A stretch of DNA of 64,000 nt from Alphaproteobacteria bacterium (GTDB lineage Bacteria > Pseudomonadota > Alphaproteobacteria > UBA828): NCBI GenBank assembly GCA_963422645.2, contig CAXXVO010000006.1, positions 160,001 through 224,000 on the forward strand, read 5' to 3'. The position numbers and the translations under genes are program-made. Shown here one piece after another: positions 1-9,867 of the stretch; positions within the stretch are counted from its first letter, which is position 1, and each line of letters starts with the position of its first letter. Under the pieces are notes generated by a model. That model searched no databases and was not told the origin of the DNA. It was given only the letters and a program-made list of their open reading frames with translations.

Positions 1-349
1 CGCCGACGAGCGCGCCGACGGCAACCACCAATGGCAGAGCCGCACCGATCGGTACGTCGTAGGTGCCGACAAGATGAGCGAAGCCGACACCGAAAAAGGC
101 GACGGCGGGCCCCACGCTGATATCGATTTCCCCCGCGACGATCACGAAGGTCATGGGGAAAGCGATCAACCCCACGTAAGAGGCCGAGCGAAGAATGTTG
201 ACCAGGTTTCGGTCCGACAGGAAATTCGGTGCGGTCTGCGAGTAGACGACGACGAGACAAATCAGCGCCAGCAGGAGCCCGAGCTCGTTGAGATGCCCGT
301 CCCACCAGTGCCTTGGGCGCAAATCCTGAGATATCGGGGCAAGTGTCAT
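1..349 (-). CDS. Sugar-type ABC transporter permease (RbsC-like), 5' part; runs off window edge
   Basis: Manual translation MTLAPISQDLRPRHWWDGHLNELGLLLALICLVVVYSQTAPNFLSDRNLVNILRSASYVGLIAFPMTFVIVAGEIDISVG has the BPD_transp_2 'GxIDxSVG' motif; lies downstream of an SBP gene. Confidence 0.85.
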   Translation of the reverse strand, partial: MTLAPISQDLRPRHWWDGHLNELGLLLALICLVVVYSQTAPNFLSDRNLVNILRSASYVGLIAFPMTFVIVAGEIDISVGPAVAFFGVGFAHLVGTYDVPIGAALPLVVAVGALVG

Positions 350-454
350 AGTCGATTAACGAAGCGCTCGGCGTTCGATCGAGATCTGGTTCTCGGCCTT
401 GGAAGCGCAGGGGCGGCCTCTCGGCCGCCCCTCAATTCTGGCTGGAGCTGCAAA

Positions 455-1435
455 TCAGGGAATGCCGTCCGCGTGGGCTTCCATCCAGTCGCTAATGCTC
501 TCGGGCTTGCTGGCCTCGATGACCAGCGTCGGAACGAAGATCAGCTTGTCCTCGACCGCTTCGCCCGCGAGAATTTTCAGCGCGATCTGCACGGCACCGC
601 GCCCCATTTCCTGCGGCTGCTGCGCGATCACCGCCTTGAGCACATCGCCATCCTGCAGCATTTGCGCGATCTGCAGGGTGATGTCCGACCCGAAGACGGA
701 GGTTTGCCCGCCAAGGCCCGCGGCCATGACACCCAGAACCGCACCGATGGTGCCGCCCTCGTTGGCGGTCCAGATCAGGTCGATGTCCGGATTTGCGGTC
801 AGCATCTCGGTCGCGGTTTGCGTGGCGGCGTCAGCCACGAAGCCTTCCTGGTCCGAGAGGATCTCGTAGCTGGCCCCCGCCTCGTCGAGCGCGGCGAGGA
901 AGCCGGCCTTGCGTTGCTGGCAGGCCTCGTAGCGGTCGCAATTCAGGATGCCGACACGGGCCGTCGCGCCGGAGGCCATGATGTGTCCGGCCGCGACCGC
1001 GCCGAGGTCGTTGCCGAAGTCGAACTGGTTGGTGGTCACGAGACCGCCGGCCAGGCGCTCGGTGTCCTCGTCCGAGAGACAGGTGTTGTAGCAGACGACG
1101 GGAATACCGGCCTCGACCACGCGTTCGACCGCCGGCACCGATGCCTGGAACGACACGGGCGACATGATGACGGCGTCGACGCCCGCGCCGATTGCCACGT
1201 CCAGAAATTCGGCTTCGATGGTCGGGTCGCTCTCGGAATTGCTCGAGATCAGAGAGACGTTCGAGTCGGCGGCGCCTTCGACGATGCCCTTCTGGATGCC
1301 CCCGAAGAATCCCTGGGAATCCAGGAACAGCACCGCCAGCTTGGTCTCTTGCGCCTGGGCCGTCCCGGCAATCGCCACAAGCGCGACCACCCCGGCCGCG
1401 AGAGCGATGCTGACAGGGCGAACGAAACGTTTCAT
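455..1435 (-). CDS. Sugar ABC transporter periplasmic substrate-binding protein (RbsB-like)
   Basis: Signal peptide, 'AGIPVV', 'ANPDIDLIWTANE', 'AQQPQEMG' motifs; GGAGG RBS. Confidence 0.9.
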   Translation of the reverse strand: MKRFVRPVSIALAAGVVALVAIAGTAQAQETKLAVLFLDSQGFFGGIQKGIVEGAADSNVSLISSNSESDPTIEAEFLDVAIGAGVDAVIMSPVSFQASVPAVERVVEAGIPVVCYNTCLSDEDTERLAGGLVTTNQFDFGNDLGAVAAGHIMASGATARVGILNCDRYEACQQRKAGFLAALDEAGASYEILSDQEGFVADAATQTATEMLTANPDIDLIWTANEGGTIGAVLGVMAAGLGGQTSVFGSDITLQIAQMLQDGDVLKAVIAQQPQEMGRGAVQIALKILAGEAVEDKLIFVPTLVIEASKPESISDWMEAHADGIP

Positions 1436-1545
1436 GGTCTCCTCCCATTGGTTTCAGTTCGATTTACTGGAGCTGTCGGGCAATCGAGCTCGACACCGTC
1501 AACGAAAACGAGCGCGGCCATCTTGGTATGCCGCCCCGCTCACAA

Positions 1546-2577
1546 TCAAGTCGAGATCATCTTTTTCTCGACGCCGACGCCGGCCTCGACCGCGCGCTGG
1601 TATTCGAGCGGCACTGTCGCCGAATCCTGGATCGCGATCCCGGTGGAATCGAAGAGCGTGACCTCGGCATCGTCCCGCCGGCCCTCCAGCCGGCCGCAGA
1701 TGACCGCGCCGATCTCGCCCGCCACGTCGTCGGCCGCGATCACGCCCTCGGCGATCGGCACGTTGATCTCGCCGTCGGGCACGCACTGCCTGATGTCGTC
1801 CACGAAGATGCGCGCGCGCCCCGCAATCGCGCTTTCCAGCTCCTGATTGCCGGCAAGGTCGGAACCCAAAGCCGCGATGTGGGTGCCGTCCCCAATCCAT
1901 TCGTCGCGAACCACGGGGTCGGCGCCGGTGGTGGTGGTCACCACCGCATCGGCGCCCCGCACCACCCCTTCCAGATCGGTCGACGGCACCAGGTCGAGGC
2001 CCGGATGGCGCGGCGCCTCGCTCGCCATGAAGGCATCGAGGGTGGCCTGGGTGCGGCTCTAGACCCGGACCTCCGACCACGCGCGCTCGGCGGCACAGGT
2101 CCGGAGCGAGCCGATGCCCACGTCGCCCGCGCCCACCAGCGCCAGCACCGACGCATCCTTGCGCGCGAGCCAGCGGATCGAGACCGCCGCAGACGCTCCC
2201 GTCCGCATCATGGTGTGGTAGCTGCCGTCCACGATGGCCAAGGGAAAGCCGGTCTCGGGCTCGGTATAGACCAGGATCGAGAACACCGTCGGCAGGTCGA
2301 ACTTCGCCCGGTTGTGCTCGCGGATCGAGACCCACTTGCAGGCGGCGGCCTCGGTCACGCCAACGCCCGCCGGCTCCTCGATATAGGAGGGCATGACCTC
2401 CCACTCGCCGGGATACTTGTCGAGCACGATGTGGCCCTTGGGCTCCAGGTAGCAGCGCCCCTCGCCGTGCCGGCGGAACGCAGTTTCGACGCAATCGACG
2501 TACTCGCCGGGCTCCAGCAGGCCCATCATGTCGGTGCGGCTGAGGATCAGGGTCTTGCGGTTGCGCCAGCTGGTCAT
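1546..2577 (-). pseudogene. Ornithine cyclodeaminase/mu-crystallin family protein with in-frame TAG at 2059-2061
   Basis: ORFs 2059..(2577) and 1546..2028 share a frame; motifs 'TMMRTGA', 'GAG', 'TLFDSTGIAIQD'; the stop falls in 'EVRV*SRT' where Trp is plausible. Confidence 0.85.
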
Positions 2578-4931
2578 GTTGCGTCGGCTCCTTCCCTTGT
2601 CCCGGATGTCGCTTGCCCGTGCAGGATGCGCCAGATCGCCTCGGGCGTCGCCGGCATCTCGACCCTCTCGTGGCCGCCGTGGTCGCGCAGCGCATCGGCC
2701 ACCGCGTTCATCACCGCCGCAGGCGCCACGATCGAGCCGGCCTCGCCGCAGCCCTTCACGCCGAGCGGGTTGGTCAGGCAGGGTACCACGGCGAAGTGGC
2801 CGGCGAAGAGGGGCAGGTCGTCGGCGCGCGGCAGCGTGTAGTCCATGAACGAGCCGGCGAGGAGCTGCCCGCTCGCCGCGTCGTAGGCCGCGTGCTCGGT
2901 CAGCGCTTGCCCGATCCCCTGGGCGACGGCGCCGTGGTTCTGGCCCTCCGCCAGCAGCGGATTGAGGATCCGCCCGAAGTCGTCCACGGCGGTGTAGCGC
3001 ACGATCCGCACCAGCCCCGTGGCCCGCTCGATCTCCACCTCGCAGACGTGGCAGCCGTTGGCGAAGGTCGCGGCGCGGCCCACATGATTGACCTCGCAAT
3101 CGAGGCCCAGCGTCTCGGCCTCCGGCCTGAGCGCCGCATCGAACGAGGCGCGCACGACCTCGGCGAATCCGAGCGAACGGTCGGTGCCGGCGATGCGGTA
3201 GCGCCCGCCCTCGAAGCGCACGTCAGCCTCCCGCGTCTCCAGCAGCGCGGCGGCGACGGCGCGGCCCCTCTCCGCTGCCTCCTCCGCCGCACGAAGCAGG
3301 GCGTTGCCGCCGTAAGGGAGGCTGCGCGAGCCGCTGGAGCCGCTGCCGTGGGCGACGAGGTCGGTATCCCCTTGGCGGACGCGCACGTGGCCCACGGGCA
3401 TGCCGAGGTGATCTGCGACGATCTGGGCGTAAGCCGTCTCATGCCCCTGCCCCGTCGATTGGCTGCCGATCAGTACCGTCGCAGCACCCTCCGCATCAAA
3501 GCGCAGCGCCACCCACTGGTTGCGGTTGGCGCCGCAGGGGTCGACATAGAAGGCCATGCCGATGCCGCGCAGATGGGTGCCCTCCCCCGCTCCGGCCTCT
3601 CGCCCGCGCGCCGCGCGCCAGCCGCCCGCCTCGCACGCGGTCTCCAGGATCGCGGGGAAGTCGCCCGAATCGTAGGTCTGGCCCAGCGGCGTGCGGTAGG
3701 GCATGGCGTCGGCGGAAATCATGTTGCGGCGGCGCAGCTCCGCGGGATCGAGCCCCAGCGCGTGCGCCGCCTTGTCGATCAGGCGCTCCAGCAGATAGAC
3801 GTTCTCGGGCCGGCCCGCGCCGCGATAGGCGTCCGTCGGCGCCGTGTTGGTGTAGGCGGAGCGCACGCGGACGTGCAGCGCCGGCGTCCGGTAGGGCCCG
3901 ATCAGCGCCCGCGTCCCGCCCGCGGTGGAGACCGAGGGCCCGTAGTTGGAGGCATAGGCGCCGAGATTGGCGACGCTCTCGATGGCCAGTGCCAGGAAGC
4001 GCCCCTCGGCGTCCAGCGCGAGCGTCGCCCGCGAGCGGAGGTCCCGGCCCTGGTGATCGCTCGCCATGGCCTCGCCCCGCTCCGCCACCCACTTGACCGG
4101 ACGCCCGAGCCTGCGCGCCGCAAAGAGCACCAGCGCGTACTCGGGATAGACCCAGAGCTTGACCCCGAAGGCGCCGCCCACGTCCGGCGTCACCACGCGC
4201 ACCCGCTGCGCCGGCACCTTCAGCACGTGCTTGGCCAGGACATTCCGCACCAGGTGGACGCCCTGCGTGCCCGCGCTCAGCGTGTAGGTCCCGCTGCCGG
4301 GGTCGTAGGAGCCGAGCGCGGCCCGGGGCTCCATGGGGCAGACGATGACCCGCTGGTTGCGGGTCTCCAGGCTGACCCGGTGGGCCGTAGCGGCCAGCGC
4401 CTCCTCCACCTGGGCCCGCTCGCCCAGCTCCCAGTCCACGCAGAGATTGCCGGGTGCCTCGTCGTGCAGCAGCGGCGCCTCGGGCCGCAGCGCCGCCTCC
4501 GCATCGGTCACCGCCGCGAGCGGCCGGTAGGCGACGGCAACCGCCTCGGCCGCGGCGCGGGCCTCTTCGGCGCTCTCGGCAACGACGAAGGCGACCGGAT
4601 CGCCCACCACCCGCGCCCGCCCCGCCGCGAGCACCGGGCGGGGCGGCGTCGCGCTCTCGCTGCCGTCCGCTCCCCTGGGCTTCATCACGCAGGGGATCGC
4701 GCCGATCCCGGCCTCGGCCAGGTCGGCGGCGGTGTAGACCGCCAGCACCCCCGGCATCGCCAGCGCGCCGCTCGTATCGATGGCGCCCAGCGCGGCATGG
4801 GCATGGGGCGAGCGCACCACCGAGCCCCAGGCCTGGCGCGGCAGCGCGAGGTCGTCGAGATAGCGCCCGCGGCCGGTGAGGAAGCGCTCGTCCTCCGTCC
4901 GCCGTGCCGCCCCGCCGATACCGTCCCTCAT
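2574..4931 (-). CDS. Xanthine dehydrogenase family molybdopterin-binding subunit (CoxL form II-like)
   Basis: 'R.ED.RFLTG.G.Y', 'DVGGAFG', 'AYRGAGRPE', 'GQGHET', 'KGCGEAG'; stop overlaps the OCD start (ATGA). Confidence 0.9.
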   Translation of the reverse strand: MRDGIGGAARRTEDERFLTGRGRYLDDLALPRQAWGSVVRSPHAHAALGAIDTSGALAMPGVLAVYTAADLAEAGIGAIPCVMKPRGADGSESATPPRPVLAAGRARVVGDPVAFVVAESAEEARAAAEAVAVAYRPLAAVTDAEAALRPEAPLLHDEAPGNLCVDWELGERAQVEEALAATAHRVSLETRNQRVIVCPMEPRAALGSYDPGSGTYTLSAGTQGVHLVRNVLAKHVLKVPAQRVRVVTPDVGGAFGVKLWVYPEYALVLFAARRLGRPVKWVAERGEAMASDHQGRDLRSRATLALDAEGRFLALAIESVANLGAYASNYGPSVSTAGGTRALIGPYRTPALHVRVRSAYTNTAPTDAYRGAGRPENVYLLERLIDKAAHALGLDPAELRRRNMISADAMPYRTPLGQTYDSGDFPAILETACEAGGWRAARGREAGAGEGTHLRGIGMAFYVDPCGANRNQWVALRFDAEGAATVLIGSQSTGQGHETAYAQIVADHLGMPVGHVRVRQGDTDLVAHGSGSSGSRSLPYGGNALLRAAEEAAERGRAVAAALLETREADVRFEGGRYRIAGTDRSLGFAEVVRASFDAALRPEAETLGLDCEVNHVGRAATFANGCHVCEVEIERATGLVRIVRYTAVDDFGRILNPLLAEGQNHGAVAQGIGQALTEHAAYDAASGQLLAGSFMDYTLPRADDLPLFAGHFAVVPCLTNPLGVKGCGEAGSIVAPAAVMNAVADALRDHGGHERVEMPATPEAIWRILHGQATSGTREGADAT

Positions 4932-5031
4932 TCCGCCCCCGCATTGCCAAGCGTGCGTCGGCAAGTTAGATAGCCGGGCGCTCCGCCGCAAAGGGCGGGA
5001 CAAGGCGGGATACGACGGGAGAGGCGCAAGC

Positions 5032-6507
5032 GTGGCAGGCGGGGGCGACGGCTACGACGTGATCGTGGTGGGCTGCGGCATCGCGGGCTTGTCGGCCGCC
5101 GTCAGCGCCCAGCAGGCCGGCGCCCGCGTGGCCCTGCTGGAGCGCGCGCCCAGGGAGGAGCGCGGCGGCAACACCCGCTATACCGAGTCCTTCTGGCGCA
5201 TGCAGAGCCGCGACGAGGTCTCCGAGGATTTCCTCGAGCGCTTCGCCGAGAACGCCGGCGGCCACCTCGACCCCGCCCTGATCGAGGACAGCGTCAGGCC
5301 CTACGACCAATGGCCGAGGCTCCTGCGCGGTCTCGGCTTCGTCGATCCCGAGCTGGTCACGACCCTTGCGGACAACGCCGGTCCGACGCTGCGCTGGTTC
5401 ACCGGCTTCGGCGTCGCGTTCGACTTCCTGCCCAACTACTTCATCACCGAGAGCACGACCCGCATGGCGCCGGCGGGCGGCGGCCTCGCCCTGGTGGAGG
5501 CGCTCGCCGCCCACGCCGAGACCGTGCCCGACCGCATCGCGATCCACTACGAGACCACGGCGCGGCGCCTCACCCAGGACGACACAGGCCGCGTCAACGG
5601 CGTCGAGGCGACCGGCGTCAACAACCGCACTGCACGCCTTCACGCCCGCGCCGTGGTGCTCGCCTCCGGCGGCTTCGAGGGCAACCCGGAGATGCTGAGC
5701 CGCTATCTCGGCCCGCAGAGCCAGTTCATCCGCCCGGTCGCGCGCGGCGGCTACTACAACCGGGGCGAAGGCATCCGCATGGCGCTGGAGATCGGCGCCG
5801 CCCCCTGCGGCGACTACGGCAGCTTCCACGCCCAGCCGGTCGATCCCCGCTCCGGCCAGCACGAGCCGGTGGTGCTCAACTACCCTTACGGCATCCTGGT
5901 TAACCGCGAGGGCCGGCGCTTCGTCGACGAGGCGCTGGCGACCGTGGACGCGAGCTACGAGGCCGCGTCAAGGCGCATGATGGCGCAGACCGAGGGCATC
6001 GCCTTCGCCATCACCGACGCGCGGCTCGACGACGTGCCCAACTGGCGGAAGTCGGTGCGCACCGACCGGCCGCCGGTGCAGGCGGAGACCCCGGCTGCGC
6101 TGGCCCAGGCTCTCGGCATCGACGGCGAAGGGCTCGCGCAGACGTTGGGTGCCTACAACGCCGCCTGCCGCAGCGAGAACGGCTTCACCCCCCTCGCCCT
6201 CGACGGGCTGGGCACCGACGGCCTCACGCCCCGAAAATCCAACTGGGCGAGGCCCGTGGACCGGCCGCCCTTCCGCGCCTGGCCGATCATCGCCGCCAAC
6301 TGCTTCACCTTCGGCGGGCTCAAGATCGACGCGCTGGCGCGCGTGCTCAACACCGACGGCGAGACGATTCCGGGCCTCTACGCCGCAGGCGAGACCGCCG
6401 GCCTCTACTACCGCACCTATACCGGCTCCACCTCGGTGATGCGGGGCGCGGTCTTCGGCCGCATCGCCGGGCTCGACGCGGCGGCGCGCAAGAACCGCCC
6501 AAGTTGA
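5032..6507 (+). CDS. FAD-dependent oxidoreductase, tricarballylate dehydrogenase TcuA / flavocytochrome c flavoprotein family
   Basis: 'VVGCGIAG', 'ERGGNTRYT', 'LASGGFEGN', 'FTFGGL', 'GLYAAGE'; start taken as GTG at 5032. Confidence 0.85.
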   Translation: MAGGGDGYDVIVVGCGIAGLSAAVSAQQAGARVALLERAPREERGGNTRYTESFWRMQSRDEVSEDFLERFAENAGGHLDPALIEDSVRPYDQWPRLLRGLGFVDPELVTTLADNAGPTLRWFTGFGVAFDFLPNYFITESTTRMAPAGGGLALVEALAAHAETVPDRIAIHYETTARRLTQDDTGRVNGVEATGVNNRTARLHARAVVLASGGFEGNPEMLSRYLGPQSQFIRPVARGGYYNRGEGIRMALEIGAAPCGDYGSFHAQPVDPRSGQHEPVVLNYPYGILVNREGRRFVDEALATVDASYEAASRRMMAQTEGIAFAITDARLDDVPNWRKSVRTDRPPVQAETPAALAQALGIDGEGLAQTLGAYNAACRSENGFTPLALDGLGTDGLTPRKSNWARPVDRPPFRAWPIIAANCFTFGGLKIDALARVLNTDGETIPGLYAAGETAGLYYRTYTGSTSVMRGAVFGRIAGLDAAARKNRPS

Positions 6508-6514
6508 GCCCGCA

Positions 6515-7675
6515 GTGAGCCAGATCGCGCTCCCCGCCGTCTTCATGCGGGGCGGCACCAGCAAGGGCCTCTTCTTCCACCGCCGCGACCTGCCGGCGGA
6601 GCGCTCGGATTGGGACGTGCTCTTCCTCGCCGCCCTTGGCAGCCCCGACCCCCACGGCCGCCAGCTCGACGGCATGGGCGGCGGCATCTCCTCGCTCAGC
6701 AAGGTGGTAGTGGTGAGCCCGAGCGAGCGCCCCGGCGTCGACCTCGACTACCTCTTCGGCCAGGTGGCGGTGGAGCACGCGAAAGTCGACTACCGCAGCA
6801 ACTGCGGCAACCTCACCGCTGCCGTCGGGCCCTTCGCCGTGGACGAGGGGCTGGTGCAGGCGGCCGACGGCGAGGCCGCCCTTACCCTCCACAACGACAA
6901 CCTGGGCCAGACCATCGAGGCCCGCTTCGCGGTCGCGAAGGGCCGCGCGGTGGTGGAGGGCGAGACCGTGCTCGACGGCGTCGCCGGCCGGGGCGCGCCC
7001 ATCGGCCTCTCCTTCCTGGAGCCGGGCGGCGCCGTCACCGGCCGCCTGCTGCCCTCAGGCCGCGCCCGCGACCTGCTCCACGTGCCCGGCGCGGACCCCA
7101 TCGAGGCCACGCTGATCGACGCATCGACCGCCCTGGTTATCGTCCGCGCTGAGAATGTGGGTGCGACGGGAATCGAATCGCCTGATAAAATTGAGGCCGC
7201 CCCTGCCCTCGCCGCGCGGCTGGAGGCGATCCGCCGCGCCGGCGCCGCCGCCATGGGGCTCGCGCCGGAGACCGAGAGCGTGCCCAAGGTGGGCTTCGTC
7301 GCCCCGCCCGCCGATGCGCCGACCCTGAGCGGCGCGGGCCTCGCGGCCGACTCGGTCGATCTCACGGCGCGGGCGATCTCCATGGGCCGCCCGCACCGGG
7401 CGCTGCCCCTCACCGCGGCACTCGCGTTCGCCGCGGCCGCGCGCATCCCCGGCACCCTCGCCGCCGAGGCCTCCCGCCCCGCCAACGGCAGCCTCGTCCG
7501 CCTCGGCCATCCCTCGGGCATCGCCGAGGTCGCGGTCGATCTCGCTAGCGCCGACCCGCCCCGCATCGCCCGCCTCACCGTGACCCGTACCGCGCGCCGC
7601 TTGATGGAAGGCCGCGTCCTCGTCCCCGCCCGCCCACCGGGCACCGACAAGGGCCTCCTCTCTGAGCCACTATGA
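6515..7675 (+). CDS. PrpF/FldA family isomerase (AcnD-accessory / oxalomesaconate tautomerase-like)
   Basis: 'MRGGTSKG', 'DGMGGGISSLSKV', 'NCGNL', 'RTARRLMEG'. Confidence 0.9.
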   Translation: MSQIALPAVFMRGGTSKGLFFHRRDLPAERSDWDVLFLAALGSPDPHGRQLDGMGGGISSLSKVVVVSPSERPGVDLDYLFGQVAVEHAKVDYRSNCGNLTAAVGPFAVDEGLVQAADGEAALTLHNDNLGQTIEARFAVAKGRAVVEGETVLDGVAGRGAPIGLSFLEPGGAVTGRLLPSGRARDLLHVPGADPIEATLIDASTALVIVRAENVGATGIESPDKIEAAPALAARLEAIRRAGAAAMGLAPETESVPKVGFVAPPADAPTLSGAGLAADSVDLTARAISMGRPHRALPLTAALAFAAAARIPGTLAAEASRPANGSLVRLGHPSGIAEVAVDLASADPPRIARLTVTRTARRLMEGRVLVPARPPGTDKGLLSEPL

Positions 7676-7717
7676 CTTTGTGTTGGCTGTGCACTTTCCC
7701 GCTAAGTCTATTCTTTT

Positions 7718-8746
7718 GGCTCAATTCGCATAACGTATGCGCGGTCTGGCCATCGCCGCCTCGAGGCACGCTCTGGGCGATGGTTGATCGCCGAGTTCGA
7801 TGAGATGGAACCACCTCAGATAGCTGTCGAGGTACTTGGTGGCGATGCCGCGCCGCCTGCGCAGAAAGCCCTTAATCTGGCTGTGGCGGCTATTGACCGT
7901 CTGGATGTGCAGCGCGCCCCGGACCCGTTCGCCAGCAGAAGCGTTGATGCTCTCGTGAGGTATGTCGAGCGCCGCCGCGACGGGCGGATAGCAGCGCTTG
8001 GCGTCGGAGACGAGCAGCGCATCCGCTGCGACGACCGGCTCCAGCACCTCCTTCACGTTGTCTGCGTTCAGCGCAGGCAGGCTATGGCTGAGGGTCTCGC
8101 CCGCACGGTCGGCGGCGACCAGGATCGGCACCTGCTCGCGCGAGAGGCCGCGTTTGCGGGCCTTGCCGCCGCGACGGCGCGGCTTGCGATCCAGCTTCCG
8201 CTCCCCCTTGCGGCTCTCGAGAACGAAGGTCTCGTCGGCCTCGACAATCCCGGCAAGCCGGTCCGGCGCTTGCCGAACCGCCGCCAGGAAGCGGTGGCGC
8301 CAGCGATGCGCCGTGCTCGGCGCAATCCCGCAGCGCTCGGCGGACTCCTTGATCGTCTCGCCCTCGGCAAGCGAGGCGCCGAAGGCCAGCCAGCGCTCCT
8401 TGTGGTGCAGCCCTGACAGCGCCGTGCCCGTGAGTGCACCGAAGGTCTTCCCGCAGTCCTTGCACCGGAAGCGGCGAAGACCTCGCGCCTTGCCCCGCGA
8501 CACCGCCCCGCCTGCGCCGCAATGCGGACAGCGCCGCTCGTCATCCACGCCCAGCTCGATCGCCGCCAGCGAGGCCGCGCCCTCCGGAGGCTCCGACAGC
8601 ACCGCCCCGACCTCCTTGCGCTGCGCCGCCGTCAACTCATCGACATGCGAGAACCAGTCCCGAAACCGCTCGTGATCCATCTGCCTGACCTCCAAGGCGA
8701 ACCGGGCGAGATTCTATCACCATGCCTACGGTTTACGAATTGAGCC
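7718..8746 (-). mobile_element. IS1595-family insertion sequence, complete
   Basis: TIRs begin GGCTCAATTCG at both ends; 8-bp TSD ATTCTTTT at 7710-7717 and 8747-8754. Confidence 0.92.
7721..8680 (-). CDS. IS1595-family transposase
   Basis: Zn ribbon CPHC..CKDC, HTH, 'GIVEADETF', 'HIQTVNS', 'GIATKYL'. Confidence 0.92.
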   Translation of the reverse strand: MDHERFRDWFSHVDELTAAQRKEVGAVLSEPPEGAASLAAIELGVDDERRCPHCGAGGAVSRGKARGLRRFRCKDCGKTFGALTGTALSGLHHKERWLAFGASLAEGETIKESAERCGIAPSTAHRWRHRFLAAVRQAPDRLAGIVEADETFVLESRKGERKLDRKPRRRGGKARKRGLSREQVPILVAADRAGETLSHSLPALNADNVKEVLEPVVAADALLVSDAKRCYPPVAAALDIPHESINASAGERVRGALHIQTVNSRHSQIKGFLRRRRGIATKYLDSYLRWFHLIELGDQPSPRACLEAAMARPRIRYAN

Positions 8747-8755
8747 ATTCTTTTT

Positions 8756-8849
8756 CGTCATGCCCGGACTCGTTCCGGGCATCTCTTTCCGCAAGACCCG
8801 CCGGACGCCGGGAGCCACGTGGATGGCCGCAACAAGTGCGGCCATGACG
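8756..8849. repeat. Inverted pair of REP-like palindromes (alphaproteobacterial GTCATG.CCGG type)
   Basis: CGTCATGCCCGGACTCGTTCCGGGCATC ... GATGGCCGCAACAAGTGCGGCCATGACG; related units at 53359 and 53413. Confidence 0.7.
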
Positions 8850-8934
8850 TAATGTATTAGTGCATAATTGGACACGAACTTCGGTAACAGGACAGCAGAC
8901 CACACGCTAACATCCAGAATCAGGAGTCCCAGCC

Positions 8935-9867
8935 ATGCGCGTCGGATTCATCGGCCTCGGCACCATGGGCGCCCCTGCCGCCCGCAACATCATGCGCCGG
9001 GGTTTCCCGCTGGTCGTCCACGACATCCGCGCAGACGCCGCCCGGCCCCTGATCGAGGCGGGCGCTGAATGGGCCGCCTCACCCGCCGACGTGCTCGCCC
9101 GTGTGGACGCGGTGGTGACCATGGTCTTCGGGCCGAAGGAGGTGGAGCAAGTCGCGCGCGGCGCCAAGGGCCTCTTCTCCGCCCCCTGCGCGGGCAAGAC
9201 CTGGATCGACCTCACCACCAGCAGCCCCTCGCTCATGCGCGCGCTCGGCCGGGAGTTCGCGGCGCAAGGCGGCCACCCCGTCGACGCCCCCGTGACCGGC
9301 GCGGTCGACGGCGCGATCCGGGGCGACATGCTCATGTTCGTCGGCGGGGACGACGCGGCGGTCGAGCGCGTGCGCCCGGTGATCGAGGCCATGGGCGAAA
9401 TCCGCCGGGTGGGCCCGCACGGCAACGCCTACGTCGCGAAGCTCGTCAACAACATGCTCTGGATGGTCCACGCCGCGGCGATCGCCGAAGCCATGGTCGC
9501 CGCCAAGGTCGCAGGCCTGGAGCCGGAAGTCTGGTGGGAGGCGATGAAGGGTGGGGCTGCGGACAGCTACGTCATGCACCACGACGTGCCCGCGGTCTTC
9601 GCCGGCCACTACGACCCCTCCTTCCCCATCGCGCTCTGCCTCAAGGACCTGGACCTGATCGCCGATCTCATGCGCGAGACCGGCGTCCGCAACGACCTCA
9701 TCGAGGCCGCGCACGCCCGCTTCCGCGAGGCCGGCGCGCGCTACGGCTCAGGCGCCGGCGACATGAGCGTGTGCAGGCTGCTGGAGGACGACGCCGGCGT
9801 CGCGCTCCGCGTCCCCGGCGACTGGGTCGCGTCCTGGGAAGTCCCCCACCCCGAGGACGAGAGTTGA
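8935..9867 (+). CDS. NAD(P)-dependent beta-hydroxyacid dehydrogenase (3-hydroxyisobutyrate/tartronate semialdehyde reductase family)
   Basis: 'GFIGLGTMG', 'DAPVTG', 'KLVNN', 'KDL'; AGGAG RBS. Confidence 0.9.
   Translation: MRVGFIGLGTMGAPAARNIMRRGFPLVVHDIRADAARPLIEAGAEWAASPADVLARVDAVVTMVFGPKEVEQVARGAKGLFSAPCAGKTWIDLTTSSPSLMRALGREFAAQGGHPVDAPVTGAVDGAIRGDMLMFVGGDDAAVERVRPVIEAMGEIRRVGPHGNAYVAKLVNNMLWMVHAAAIAEAMVAAKVAGLEPEVWWEAMKGGAADSYVMHHDVPAVFAGHYDPSFPIALCLKDLDLIADLMRETGVRNDLIEAAHARFREAGARYGSGAGDMSVCRLLEDDAGVALRVPGDWVASWEVPHPEDES

Noticed and set aside
2059-2061. Pyrrolysine or genome-wide TAG recoding
   Set aside because: TAG terminates conserved genes at their normal ends, and no pyl genes or tRNA are seen
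2574-4931. True aerobic CO dehydrogenase (form I)
   Set aside because: The motif is AYRGAGR, not AYRCSFR, and there are no coxM/coxS or accessory genes
74-5862. Long overlapping ORFs (74..1846, 2613..4973, 4966..5862 and similar throughout)
   Set aside because: Antisense or shifted shadow frames of high-GC genes, with no recognisable motifs
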